Of a stretch of DNA of 64,000 nt, positions 44,623 to 58,489 are shown piece after piece (position 1 is the stretch's first letter; the number at the start of each line of letters is the position of its first letter). Below the pieces are notes generated by a model. That model was not told the origin of the DNA. It saw only the letters and a program-made list of their open reading frames with translations, and did no database searches. The stretch covers positions 16,120,110-16,184,109 of the forward strand of contig NC_134030.1 of assembly GCF_964204645.1 (NCBI RefSeq). Direction: 5' to 3'. Position numbers and translations under genes: made by a program. The DNA is from Tubulanus polymorphus (Eukaryota; Animalia; Nemertea).

Positions 44623-45317
44623 CGGAATATTGTGCATTTTCGGGGTGGGTGCATCTCTCGTCACGACCCTCTCCATCACTTCAGTCAGTCGCTGGAGGAT
44701 GGAATCCTCAGATGTTTTCAAATTTTCGGCTTTTGTCTTCGTTGGACGGCCACGTTTTGGTTTTAACGAGAGGTTACCCTCCCCACTTACCAGGAGGTCA
44801 TGATGTGCAGCTCCGGCCGTTGGTGACATAGGCCTAGATAAGGCCAAGGGCTCACACACATCATTCTCAACATCCGACATAATTACTATTCTTTTATATA
44901 AATGACACAGAAAATACAGGACCGCAAATAAATGTAGGGGAAACAGGCACTTAAAAATACTAAATATGTACTAGGAATTACGAAGTAGGTAAAAAATACG
45001 TTAAGTACACACAAAAAGTAACCGTAATTTACACAGACTAAACGGAGAAAAACGTGTTCACCGCTTCAACTCAATTTCAACTGGTTTTTTTCACAATCAG
45101 ATCCCACTACGCTGCCACCAGATGTAACGAGGTCCTTTTCTGCCTGTTCCACAGTAGAAGTTTCCTCCAAATATCGACTCTGAGAGCCCAAAAACCAGTA
45201 AAAAGGCGGACAAAAGATATTAACACAATCACCTATTGTTCTGTATTTATCGAGAGAGAGAGGGCAGCACCCTCCAGTTACAACATAGAAAACGACTGAT
45301 GGACATATTCCATCACA
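44623..45317 (-). mobile_element. 5' stub of a Ty3/Gypsy LTR retrotransposon: LTR, PBS, gag start
   Basis: TGT...ACA-bounded ~195-bp LTR candidate at 45123-45317; minus strand TTACA-TC-TGGTGGCAGCG PBS (45110-45120, tRNA-Leu-like); ORF from ATG 44880 truncated at the Polinton junction. Confidence 0.65.
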
Positions 45318-45559
45318 ATGTCATCAGAATGTCACGTGACTGTCCCAACTTTCTGGCTGGCACGACTTGATCTGCGTTCCATACCTTGTTATTTTATATA
45401 AGCCTTACTAAAGCGTGACGACCGTCTGATAATGATTCTTAACGACCAATTGTTTATCGAAACTGTATAGCGGATAAATAAACAATATAAACACAAGGTA
45501 TTTCCGAGACATTTTGAATTTATTCGCAGTTCATATTTAGCGCCATTCTCGCGAGATTA

Positions 45560-46575
45560 TCAACAACCCGGAAATAAAATCCAAGCCCATCGCCAAACCC
45601 CTGTGGTTATACCGAGCGTTTTCTAATGTTTCCGAACGATATGTCGGAAGGGATGAATTTAAATCAGTTGTTTGTAGAAATCTATTTCAATTGACGCACC
45701 CACAGCGCATAGAGCATATGAAAGTGGTCCAATCATAAACGATGCATGAACTTTATAATCGCGTAGATTCAAATCTGATTACTATAGGCCTACCATCTTC
45801 AAACATATCCATATCCGTTAAAGATGCTAAAGATAAATATGGAGTTCAGATTTTTGAGTCATTGTTATTTTCAATTTGGAAAAAAGCTGATAATATTTTG
45901 TCATCTTCAAATGCTATTGCCTGTGCCCCTTCAAATAATCCATTGATTAAGAAGTTCAGTGTTATAAGCGATACTTCGATAACAAATAATTCGGTTAATG
46001 TTAATGTGCAAAGTGGCAATTGTTTCTGTACGTGTAAACAGTTTTCCTTCCATTCCCTTTGTTCACATTCAGTTTCAGCTGCCGAAAAAGCAGCTAGTCT
46101 TGGTCAGTATTTGAAGTGGCACAAAAGTAGTAAAAAAAGAACAAACTTATTTAAAATTGCAACATCTAGTGTAAATTTACAGTCTTGTGGAACCAAAGGT
46201 AACCAACTCAGGAGATGTGGTTCAATCTTCAGATTCGACATCGCAGCAATGCGACTCCCCTAATTTGGATGATTTTTCAGTAACCTTTTTACAAGGTTTT
46301 AATAAAAAAATGTTATGGCTGCGGTAAAGAGTTCCGTAATTCAGAATCAACTAATTGTGACCTTATTGTTAGAAAATGGGATTTCAGAACGTATAAACAT
46401 CCCCACACTGGTGGATTAACGAAATCCAATTAACCCCAAAGAACCTATTATCACTTATATTTGCATTGTATTAGAAACAAATATCGGTCATTTTCAACTC
46501 GGTCCCTTTCTGTTAGTACAGAGGTTCAACACCAAATGTCACCAGAACAGTTAAACTCATTTCTAGAATCTTAAG
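45560..46575 (+). pseudogene. Fragment of a SWIM-finger (MULE-like) transposon protein
   Basis: CFCTCKQFSFHSLCSHSVSAAEK in ORF 45742-46263; downstream CYGCGKEF in another frame. Confidence 0.55.
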
Positions 46576-48695
46576 ACTGTGATTACTTACCGTATCTAAT
46601 GTTGATGTTACTGCAGTCAATTCAAATGTTAAACAATTTTCTCTATTTTCAGAATAATCATTACAGGTAAAGCGTTGTGAAGTACGCTTAGCCGTCTTCC
46701 GAATTTGTAAAAGATTACAGGTAAAGCGTTATGAGGTACGCCTAACCTTCCGAAATCTTAGGTAGGCGTTAACAAGCCTAGTTACATTTTTCATCAGAAA
46801 CTCGGGGTACACTGAAAATAACCACCCAGATAATTCTGGACTTGCCAGGACGGAATTTGGTAGAACTGTATTTCAAACGTATTTCATTATTTTCTGATAT
46901 AATTCTAATTGAAGGTTATAACAAATCAATACGCAAATATATAAAAATAATATAATATATGTAAATACGTCATCATGTTACACCCCAACATTTTTTTAGT
47001 TGAGCTTACAGTTTTGAGTTAGTGTAATAAGCTTTGAATTAATGTTCTAAAATTCTGTCCTGGCATTATTTAGGTCTGGCATTTTCATGGCTGTTATTTT
47101 CTAGCGACCTGCACTAGATTTCATGCACTGTTGTACTTCATATTTTCTCAATATTATACATATTTCTTTCTGAATACTGTTTTCTTTGGTTAGGTGAAGT
47201 TAAAAGTTATATTCATTTTTTATTATTTTACTTCACTGGTGATGGATATGTATTGGTGGCCCTTTTTGGTTTTTCTGTAAAATCCTTTCATTAATAGGGC
47301 TGAGTACTGCTAGGCCCTATATCTCAAGTTAGAAGGCCATAAGCGAGTCTGGCAGTTCTAAAGTTTCTTCTAATAAAGTTTTTTTTAAGATCTCTACATT
47401 TCGTATTTGTTGATTTACGATGGAATAGTTGACCTGAACACCGATGAAATACAAGTATTTACAAACAAAGAATTAAAATTAGTTTTGTTATTGTAGTGAG
47501 GAGAATATTCGGTATATTCTATTTATTGGACGATATGTCTACATTTCATTCTCAATCACGATGTCCCTAAAAATGAAATTGAGTCCATGGCGATCGTCGA
47601 AAATCAACACCCCTGGACACCAATTGTTTTGGTATAACCTTCAAAAATCAGTTCGTCGAATACCGGTACCTACCATAACTCTAAGTGACGATTTACCCTG
47701 ATCATAAATTTTATTCTAAAGATCATGAAAATTTAGATCGTCAATAACGCTTAACTTTTAAATGGCCTTCTTCGTGAAACTGAATGATAAAGATATTTTG
47801 TATTGTACAGTAGCTCTGTCCAAAACGGTAACAGTCTATTCGGTAATCCGTTCAAATTGGCAGAATGATAAAAAATATTTTCTGTCCACTGTTTGTTACC
47901 GTGTCTGTCGTATGTAATCGTGTTATTACTCGGAAGCAATAAATCTGTATTGAATTGTCTACACCGGTAACATGTGTATGCTACTGTACTTGAAAGGGAT
48001 ATACCGATGTATTATGAAAATAATCTAGGCTTTTTATTCTTCTTCTTGATCTCACACGAACTGCCGTTTACCGCTGACCATTAGACCCGATGCGCTATAT
48101 ACTCCGCAATCTCGAGTATCCGGTATCCGGTATTTAGGTGTCCGGTATCCGGTATCCGTGATATTCGAACAGCCATGAGAAACCGCATATACATAGTACA
48201 TATTCACGATTGATAGAACACTAAATCCGTGTTGACGCGATGTAGAGAGAATCCCACAATTATAACGAAAAAGTCCGAGAATGAAAATTCGAGATAGAAG
48301 TTTATTTCAACGTCTCGACTATATCCTAATAGTCATCTTCAGGAATAATGAGAAACTACAAAAATTATGAGATATATATACAATCCAGAGACAAAGAGAC
48401 TAATTCAAGTAATCAGAGATGATACAAACTAAAGGGAAATTAACGTAGAAACAGTTACACGCTAAAATAGATTAAAGGGAAGCAAACTAAGGGGTAATTA
48501 TAAACAACAAAAGTGGGTATAAATATAAATTAGAACTTGAAATCAGTAGTAAAAAGACAAACTAGGGGCACTTAAATTAAAACAATGGTGAATACAAGTT
48601 GAAAGACTAAAATAGATGAGAGAACAAATAACAAATAATCAAAGGGGAATCAAGTGTTGAGTTTAACCAGTTTACAGAGGAATTCAGATATAAGT

Positions 48696-49678
48696 TTATT
48701 TATTATGGGGTGAAAAACCATTGTTTAGGTTTACAACGTTGTTAGAATTTTCAATTATTAATGCAGATTCCAAAATATGTTTTCTAGTTTTATCGCTGCA
48801 AGGGTAGATTAATTCAGCATTAGCGAAATCAAAATTGTGTGAAGTCTGAAATGCATGACTAGCAACTCCGCTTTCAGGTTTAAAGTTTTTTACATCTAAC
48901 TTATGCTCTTTTATGCGTTGATTAAGGTTCCGACCTGTTTCTCCTATATATACTTTGTCGCAAACTTTACAAGGTATTTTATAAATTCCACAGTTTAGGG
49001 ATTCAGTTTTCGGTTTGTTATTAATCAATATGTTACTAAGTTTATTATTGTATTTAAAGATAAGTTGTTTATTTAGTGACCGAAGAGAAACTTTAGAATT
49101 CTCGAGGAAAGGTACATACGGTACAATGATAGGCTGTTTATCGGTAGCCAAGGTAGGAGTTCTAAGGTTGTTATTTCTAAAATGCGTAGTACGAGCTTTA
49201 AGGAGAGCTTTTTTCAATATGAAATCGGGGTAGGCAAGTTCTTTGAGAGATTGGTTAATATGTTGAATTTCATCGGGTAGAAATGAGGGGTCGCAAATTC
49301 TCAAAGCGCGAAGAAATAATCCATGAGCTAAACCGAGTTTAATATCCGGAGAAGTAAAAGAGAAGTAATGGAGGTAGGATTCAGCGTTGGTAGGTTTCCT
49401 ATAAACCTCAAAAAGGATCCACAGTTAAAAATCAAAACATCCAGAAAAGGTATTTTACTATTAGATTCCCATTCATACGTAAAAGCCAGAGACGGGTAAA
49501 GGGAGTTTAAATATATAAGAAAGTTATCAACATTGAAGTCAAAGTGAACCAAAGCCAGAACATCGTCAACATACCTGAGCCAGATTTTAGGGTGAATATC
49601 AGTATAAAGAGGCAATATTTCAGATTCAACATGTTCTAGGAATAAATTAGCTAGAATAGGACTAAGAGGGTTTCCCAT
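48696..49678 (-). pseudogene. Penelope RT C-terminal half and GIY-YIG endonuclease, frameshifted
   Basis: MGNPLSPILANLFL, WLRYVDDV, IPFLDV; GIYKIPCKVCDKVYIGETGRNLNQRIKEH. Confidence 0.92.
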
Positions 49679-49809
49679 AGCGATACCGAATGTCTGTTCG
49701 TAAAAACAATTGTTGAATTAAAAAAGGAGACCGTCGTACAAATATATTACTTGAATTAGTCTCTTTGTCTCTGGATTGTATATATATCTCATAATTTTTG
49801 TAGTTTCTC

Positions 49810-49855
49810 ATTATTCCTGAAGATGACTATTAGGATATGGTCGAAACGTTGAAAT
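49810..49855 (+). ncRNA. Hammerhead-ribozyme-like core in the pLTR
   Basis: CTGAAGA - stem II (gactat...atggtc) - GAAAC; second copy on the minus strand at ~48305-48345 has GAGAC. Confidence 0.6.
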
Positions 49856-50019
49856 AAACTACTATCTCGAAGTTTCATTTTCGGACTTTTTCGTTATAAT
49901 TGTGGGATTCTCTCTACATAGTACAAACTATCACCGCTAGTTAGCGTCATTCGTAATTAGTCATAAACTTTCAAATTCAGGTAGTTCAAAACGTAAACCA
50001 GACCTTCATTCAGCACGGC

Positions 50020-50401
50020 AGAGGACTGGACCGAAGATCTAGAAACGAAATTGGTAGAATTATGGTGTGAGCGGCCATCTTTATAGATGTCGCTGGCACG
50101 TTGTATTCAAAACAGAATCAGAAAAATCAAAGTCTAAATTTCTAATAGAAATATATTTCCTAATAATTCAAATTTATTCTCAAAATGCTTATCACGTGAC
50201 CATTTGAGCCGTTGCAGTTGCTAGTAATCGCAACCGACATAAGCAGGGAAGCAACTGGGAGGATCTCATATCCCGCTAGTCGGCCTCAGTTGCTGCGAAT
50301 CGGAGCGCAGTCGACATAAGCTGGGCTGCGATCGCGGTTGCTCTCAGTTGCGTCGGTAGGAGTCGGTAGGCGTCGCGTTGCTTGTCGACATAAGCCAGCC
50401 T
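50020..50401 (+). mobile_element. PIF/Harbinger-like remnant: MADF fragment and right terminus
   Basis: WTEDLETKLVELWCERPSL (MADF-like) at ~50027; three cgacataagc subterminal repeats ending cagcct followed by tta. Confidence 0.5.
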
Positions 50402-50598
50402 TTACGTGTAGAAAGTTTCCAGGAAATCCTACCGTTTGCCAGATCCCCTACCACTGCCATCTTCCAGGGCCGACTCTATTATCACGTCCGGATTGATATC
50501 CGGATAATCCGGAGATTCCGGTGAAATAGAGTGAAATTGGACAATTCAATTCAATTCACTTCTTTAAAAGATGGCGGACGAATTGGCTCTCGCCTGTT

Positions 50599-51510
50599 AG
50601 TAATAGGGGTAATGGGCTTTCAAGCCAATGGTCGAGAGGTCGAGAAATTTTCCAAATGTGAAAATAACAATAATTTCTACTTGAATTAGTCGCGTACACT
50701 CCTAATTCAAGTAGAAATTATTATTATTTTCACATTTGTAAAATTTCTCAACCTCTCAGCCTTTAACCTGAAAGCCCATTACCCCTATTACTCTTAAAAT
50801 ATTCATTTACATGGATAAAATATATTTGAATAACATATAAATTGATAGAATATTCAATATAAAAGTGTGAGTAAAGTGTTAGTAAAAAAGTAACGAGTAA
50901 TTAACGAGCTCTTATAGAATAGATAGATAATAGACATTATTTCAATATTTATATTTGTATGAGTTAGATTTTTAAACATTAAAAGTGTAAGTAAAGTGTG
51001 ATTGAAATAATTCATATTTAAAACATTGAATATTTATATTTGAATGAGTTTAAATAAAATTTTTGTTATCAAAATGATGAAAGAAGAAGAACCCAACTTT
51101 AAAATCGAAATCAATGAAACCAATAAATCATTTTCACAGTTTAACATTAAAAATTATATTTCAGCAACAAATTTAGTGTCCGCAAGGTATTATAAAATTG
51201 AAAATATTACTGTAATTAATCAAATATTATCAAATGAAACATATTTAATTACTGAACTAGTAGATACTTTTGATAATGGCGTTAAAAATCCTAAAATGTT
51301 CAATACAGTTTTTAATTTTAAAGGAACTTCAGATGAAAAAATAATTAATATTCTTAAAACTCCATTTAATGAAAGAAATGATGATTTAATACTTTCTAAA
51401 GATTATAATGATTTGATTAACTTAAGAATTGAAAAAAGACAATTATATTATTTCAATTTTGATAATAAACAAATTATCTATAATGAAAATTCATCAAATA
51501 TTGGAATTCA
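50599..51510 (+). mobile_element. Isolated Polinton terminus (copy C) with the first gene fragment
   Basis: 194-bp palindrome 50599-50792 and subterminal sequence shared with copies A and B; AT-rich ORF from 51044. Confidence 0.8.
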
Positions 51511-51715
51511 ATGTGTCAACGACAGTAGAATATTAAAGAACAGCGATCTCTGTGACAGCACCCATACACTATTCAGTGAGAATGAGCATCTGTTAGGTGA
51601 TGGAGGGTATCCGTGCCGTAAGTGGTTGGTCACACCATATCGAAATGATGGACAGTAAACTCGTGAACAACGTAGATTTAATTATTTACTTTCAAGCAAT
51701 CGGTCGATTATGAAA
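51511..51715 (+). pseudogene. Harbinger (HARBI1-like) DDE transposase fragment
   Basis: VNDSRILKNS...HLLGDGGYPCRKWLVTPY then REQRRFNYLLSSNR. Confidence 0.75.
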
Positions 51716-52421
51716 GAGGGTAAATGATTTTTTGCATCCTGTTGAATAAATATATGGAATGGCCACGGTTCAGACTCCTAAACTGATATTATTGACTAGT
51801 CATATGATCAAGGGGTAGATGAATACCATATTTCAGAGATGGCCAAATACCAAGTGCATGTACAGTAGACTCTGCTTACTTTTTGATCATCCAGGACCAA
51901 TGAATTTTATTAGAGGCAAATAAATTCTGAACAAAGGATGCGATAGCAGGATGCGATAAAAGCGATATCCGCGCCTACTGTAAATGCACTTATAGACGAA
52001 TGATAAATGGATGATTAGGCTACCAGTGATAAATCCATCCTAGCCATAAAGCAAACGAATTATGCAACATCGTTTCAATGCTGGCACAGGTAACTAAAAC
52101 TAACAACCTATATGTAGAAAATGAATATTTTATTAGATTCAGCGCAGCTGAATCTATTAGTTTACTAAATGGTGCCGACTGATTAGTGTTGCACAACTTC
52201 TCCACTTAATCTGTAGCACCTGACGCTATGAGTGTTATGTCAACAGGATTGTTACAGTTGTAGGGTCATAATTTCTGGTGGTATGGATATCTGGTGTATC
52301 TAATTTGGGCCCTGGGGGCTAATTTCCATACGATTTTGGGCACTTCTGAAGTCACATGTGACGTCATTTTCGCGTGGAGGCGAACCGCAGCACACCCATC
52401 TGAATGACATTTATACATGTA

Positions 52422-52690
52422 AGTAATAGGGATAATGGGCTTTCATACCAAAGGTCGAAAGGTCGAGCTCGTAAAAAAATAATAACAATTTCTATTTGAA
52501 TTAGTCGCGAAACTCATAAAGAATGAAAAATAATTCTCACACGCTCGAATTTATTTTCATTTCATTCGAATTCATTTTTTATGAGTTTCACTCCTAATTC
52601 AAATAGAAATTATTATTATTTTCATATTTTTCATTTTTTACTCACTCGCCCTTTCAACCTTTGATATGAAAGCCCATTATCCCTATAACT
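52422..52690. repeat. 269-bp imperfect terminal palindrome of copy B
   Basis: agtaatagggataatgggctttcat ... atgaaagcccattatccctataact. Confidence 0.9.
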
Positions 52691-52928
52691 CTTAAAATAA
52701 TCATATACATGAATAAAATATATATGAATAACATATAAATTGATAGATTATTCAATATAAAAGTGTGAGTAAAAAAGTAACGAGTAATTAACGAGCTCTT
52801 ATAGATAGATATATAGATATATTTTAAACATATTTCAATATTTATATTTGTATGAGTTAGATTTTTAAACATTAAAAGTGTTAGTAAAAGGTGATTCATA
52901 AAATAATAAATAAATGAATAAAATATAA

Positions 52929-55900
52929 ATGAATAAAATGTGTAAAATTAATTTAAAAAAAAAATCTAGTATTAAAATGGAAGCAAATAAGTACTACTGT
53001 TCAACATTTAAAATCAATATAGATAAATCCCAAAAATCAAGACACAATAAAACTAAAACACATTTAGAGAATAAATTGAAATTAGAATATGAAGATGATA
53101 TATTAGAAACTAAATTAGATGAATTAAAGAATGAAAAAGAAACATACAAATGTGACACATGTAATCAATCATTCAGTGATAAAAGATATTATAATGAACA
53201 TTTAAATTCTAAAAGTCATATTAGAAATATGAATAATGATATTTTACGTGAAGATTATTTTGATAATGACAATGATAAGAAACATAAGACAATTAAAAGA
53301 ATAAGAAATAAATTAAACAATAAAAGACCATACATGGAAGATGTAAGAAATTATATTAATTCATTAGATAATAAAAAATATATAGAAATAACCGAAGCAT
53401 TTAAAAGTGATATTGGTCCAGCTGCTATCGAGTTTAAATTTCATAAAGGTAAAACGTTAGAAGAAAATAAAAAACATTTAGAAAATATGGAAAATATTAT
53501 AAAAATAATAACTGATGTTGAATACCCTAAAATTAGTTTATCTTCCAAAGTAAAGTTTATAAAATCTGAAGATAAACCAATATATAATATAAATTCTCAT
53601 TCACAACATATTATATCTAAACAACATATAGATGATAAATTAGATAAATGTTATAATGAAGTAAAAACTAAAATAGAAGAGAAATATTTTGAAGGATCAG
53701 GTTTAATATTTGATGAAATGATATTTATGACTTTACATGTTTATAACATAAAATATAATAAGTTAACTAAATCAAAACCAATAGATGAAAATAATGTATC
53801 ATATTATAAAGAACCAGACATTGAAGCATCGAGTTATATTAAACTACCATTTAAAACTAATGCTGTAATAAATGTACAAAATTCTGATGATAAATGTTTT
53901 CTATGGGCAATTATAAGTTGCTTACATCCAACAGAAGATATTACACATAGTTTTAGATTAACAAATTATAAACAATTTGAAAATAATTATAAGATAGATA
54001 AGTATCCTGTTAGAATTAAAAATATCCCAAAAATAGAAAGAGATAATAATTTAAGAATAAATGTATTTGATTTAATCAAATTAAAAAAGGCAACAATATA
54101 AAACATTATACATTAGATAAAACCTTTATACCTATCAAAAGATTATGATTCAAATGATGTTATAGATATACTATATTATGAAAATCATTATATGTGGATT
54201 AAACAAATCGATTTATTTTTTAAACCAGAAAATGATCATAAAATATATCTTTGCAGAAAATGTTTACATAAATTCAGTAATGAAAGTACATTATCAAATC
54301 ATAAACAATTATGTGAAAATCATGATTATTGTAAATTAGTTTTACCAAATGAAAAAGATAAAATATTAGAATTCAAAAAATATGATTACAAAAATAAAAT
54401 ACCATTTGTTATATATGGAGATTTTGAATCATTAAATAAAGAATTAACTGATCAAGATAGAAAAGAAATATATTATAAAAGAAAGAAATTAAATTCTAAT
54501 GGAAATGATATAATTGATTATTCAGATCCCCTAATAACAAATACAATTAAAAAGATTCATCAATCAGCTGCTGCTTTCGGGTTATATATTGAATCTGATT
54601 ATCCAGAACTAATCAAAAGTGAGTATTATCATTATAGAAATGGAAATGTTATCAATCATTTTTGTGACTTATTAATTGAATATGAAATAAGATTTAGTAA
54701 ATTATTGAATACAAATATAGAAATTATAATGACAGAAGAAGATAAAGAAGAATTTGTGTTTACAGGTAAATGTTATTATTGTGAAAAGATATTTAATTAT
54801 AAAGATAAAAAAGTAAGAGATCATGATCATTTGAATGGAAAGTTTAGAGGCGCAGCACATGAGAATTGTAACTTACAAGCTAAGAAAATTAACCATTGTA
54901 CCTGTTATATTTCATAATCTATCAGGATATGATGCACATTTATTTATCAAACAGCTATGCCATAAAATAGAAGAAATTAATAATGAAATAGAAAGATTAA
55001 ATTCAAATAGATCAAAAGATAAAATACCAACTTATAAATTTAAAATGTTAGCTAGAACATCTGGGAATTATATATCTTTCCAATTTGGTTGCCTAAGATT
55101 TATAGATTCATATAGATTTTTAAACAGTTCATTAGATAATTTATCAAAATCATTAGTTGATGATGAATTAAAAATATTAAAACAACATTACCCAAATAAT
55201 GATGATTTCCAATTAATGAGATATAAAGGAGCGATTCCATATTCTTTCTATAAAAATCATAATGATTTCAATATAACTGAACTTACAAAAGAACAATTCT
55301 ATGATGAATTAAAAAATGAATATGTTAAAGATGAAGTATATAATAAAACATTGAATATTTGAAATCATTTCAAAATAGAAAATAGAAAACTATGGACAAT
55401 TAGTAGATTTATATTTAGAATCAGATGTATTATTATTATCGGATATATTCGAAAGGTTTAGAGATGTAAACCTAAAATATTTTAACATTGATCCTTGCCA
55501 TTGTTATTCATCACCAGGTTTAACATGGGATTGTGGATTAAAATTTACAGATATAAAAATGGATTTGTTAACAAATATAGATCAATTATTATTATTTGAA
55601 AAATCTATAAGAGGAGGAGTTTCAGGTGTATTAGGGGATAGATATTTCAATGTAGATGATAACCCTGGATATAAGTTATTATATATAGATGCAAATAATT
55701 TGTATGGTTGGGCAATGATGGAACCACAACCTTATGGAGTATTTGAAAATAATGACAAATTTGATTGGAAGAAAAGAATTCTAGATATTGCAGATGATTC
55801 AGATACTGGTTACTTCTTTGTTGTAGATTTAGAATATCCTGAAAACATTAAATTTAAATCTAGAAATCTAGCTTACTGCCCCGAACATAAAACTGTAACT

Positions 55901-56996
55901 CATGAAGAATTATTAAATCATCAAAAAAGAATTAAACCCGAAAATCATATTCATAAAAAAGTTAATGGTAACTCAGGAAGATAAATAGAATTATGTAGTA
56001 CATTATAGAATGTTTAAGTTTTATTTGAATCAAGGAATGGTTCTAAAAAAAGTACATAGATATATTTCATTTAGTCAATCTAAATGGTTAGAAAAATATA
56101 TAGATTTTAACACCAAACAGAGAACTGAAGCTAAAACTGATTTCGAGAAAGATTTCTTCAAGTTAATGAATAATGCATTCTATGGTAAGACTTGTTAAAA
56201 TATTAGAAATAGAAATGATATTGAGTTAGTTAGTAATGGTAAAAGAATTAGACATTTACAAACATATCCTAAATTTATAGGTAACAGGATATTTGATGAA
56301 AATTTAGCTGCAGTTAAAATGAGAAGAACATCTATGAAATTTAATAAACCAATTTATGTTGGAGCATCAGTTTTAGAATTATCAAAGTTATTAATGTATG
56401 AATTCTATTATAATGTATAACAACCTCATTTTGGAGAAAAACATATAGAAATTCTATACTTTGATACAGATTCTTACATATTAAAGATAAAAACTGATAA
56501 CATAACTGATGATTTAAAAACATTAAAACATCATTTTGATTTCAGTAACTATCCAAAAGATCATGAATTGTTTAGCAATGATAATAAAAAAGTTCCTGGT
56601 AAATTCAAAGATGAATTAGGTGGTGAAGAAATGATTGAATTCATTGGTATTAGATCTAAAATGTATTCATATAAAACTAAAGAACATGAAGCTAAAAAGT
56701 TAAAAGGAATAACCAAAAGTGTAGTAGAAAAGAATATTCATTTCAAAGATTACATCAATTGTATATTCAATGAAGAAGTTAGAAAACATAAGATGAGATG
56801 TTTAAGATCTGAGTACCACGAGATGTTTATTGAAGAAATTGAAAAGGTTAGTTTGAATCCATTTGATGATAAAAGATATATTTTAGATGACGGAATTCCT
56901 ACAGTTGCATATGGTTGCAATTTAGATGAATACTTAAAATTTAAAAGAGAAGAAACAAAAGAGAATGAGATTATGAAAGGGATTCTAACGTGTTAA
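52929..56996 (+). pseudogene. Protein-primed family B DNA polymerase (pPolB) with N-terminal Zn fingers; multiple frameshifts and stops
   Basis: VIYGDFES, VRDHDHLNGKFRGAAH, FHNLSGYDAH, FIDSYRF, LLYIDANNLYGWAM, KLMNNAFYGKT, YFDTDS, PGKFKDE. Confidence 0.95.
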
Positions 56997-57025
56997 TCAA
57001 ATTTTAATAAAAATATGTTTTATAA

Positions 57026-57379
57026 ATGGAGAGTAAACAAGCAAACAGTGAGAACAACAAATTTTTTCTAGATAGAATAAAAGATACTTCAAATGTCAAA
57101 TCAATAGATTATAAATTTAAGAAGTTAAAAGAATTAACAATCCATAAGAAATATCTAATTACAGATATTGTTACAGTTACTAACAAATATGGAGATAAAT
57201 TAGTTATACACTTAGGATATGAAGGGTTAAAAGGAAATACATATAAATTCGGAACATATTTACCTGATAGATTTCATAGATTATCAAGTGAAGATTTAGA
57301 AGAATTATGTTCTGATGATTTCTATTTCGTATACTAAGGTAAGAATGAAAAAGGGCACCATGAAATAGATTTCGAATAA
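57026..57379 (+). pseudogene. Small protein downstream of pPolB with a premature stop at 57337
   Basis: TAAATG start; FKKLKEL...VTNKYGDKLV...YLPDRF; copy A has a sense codon at the stop. Confidence 0.6.
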
Positions 57380-57393
57380 AATATGTAAAATAA

Positions 57394-58152
57394 ATGGTTG
57401 AATTAAAAGAATACAGAATATTTGTTGATTCAAGAAGACTTACAAATTATAAATCACATAATTTACTAGTACAATTAGATAGAGAATTTAAGAATTGTGT
57501 TGATTAAAAATTAGTTAATATAAGTTTATGTAATTCTTTTTACAATGTATCTGATAAAACTATTGAGCATAGAGTCTTTTTAATTCTTGATAGAAATAAA
57601 AGTAAATGGTTTCATCTTTATCTTAAAGCAGGATTTTATAATTTAGATACATTAGCGCAGGAATTTAATAGAAGAGCTCGTTTAAAAATGGGTGCATCTG
57701 CTGGATTTGGATTAAGACTGATTAAAAATGATAGCTCTGATAAAATAAGAATAGAATTAGGTAAAGAAGATCAACATCAATTTCTAGTTAAAAAACCTTT
57801 AGCTAAAATTTTAGGAATAACCCCAGATGTAAGGATACGCAATGCTGATCCTACACCAAATATAATGGCTTTTACACACTTTTATATTTATAGCAATTTA
57901 ATCGACCCTACAAAAACATTCGGAGCAACTAAAGATATAACTTGTAATTCTAGTATATTAAATATTTTACCATTGAAGAATGTTAAAGAATTTGGAATGC
58001 AAATAAATTAAAATTTAACAGAATGTGATTTTAAGCCTTGTATTTCCCGATTTAATAATTTCAAATTAGAAGTAAGAAATCATAATGGATATTTAATTGA
58101 TTTAAATAATTTTCCTGTAATTTATGAATTAGTTATAAGATGTAGAGAGTAA
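57394..58152 (+). pseudogene. Putative minor capsid protein, copy B, with in-frame stops
   Basis: Homologous to 43515-44276. Confidence 0.7.
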
Positions 58153-58167
58153 TTTTTTGATATACAA

Positions 58168-58470
58168 ATGAATATAACAGTAGGGCCGAGTATATGTTTT
58201 GGGTTTGATTTCAAACATGGTAAAGAAATGAGAATTAAACTAAATGATGTAATTACGGATATGAAAAGTAAATCACTTAACAATGCATCAATTATTAATA
58301 ACGAAAATTATAATATAGAAAAAGTAATTGATTTAATTAAAACGCCTTTAGAATATTATGAATTAAATGAAGATGGAATTATTGAGGATATTAAAAACAT
58401 ATCATAAAAAAAGTAATGAAATAAATGTTGAATTAATCATAAATAAGTTAACTAAATATTTTAAGATAGT
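58168..58470 (+). pseudogene. Homolog of the 43497 gene
   Basis: MNITVGPSICFGFDFKHG. Confidence 0.65.
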
Positions 58471-58489
58471 AATTTTTTTTGATAAATAA

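Larger units (their letters stand above)
48201..49914 (-). mobile_element. 5'-truncated Penelope-like retroelement with inverted pLTR
   Basis: RT and GIY-YIG ORFs; 48240-48412 inverted at 49746-49919; tacatagtaca directly repeated at 48190-48200 and 49915-49925. Confidence 0.88.

Noticed and set aside
47700-48050. Possible coding fragment (ORF 47751-47939)
   Set aside because: No recognisable motif; too short to support a call.
51044-51658. A single genuine 204-aa gene
   Set aside because: Chimera of an AT-rich Polinton ORF and a Harbinger transposase fragment.
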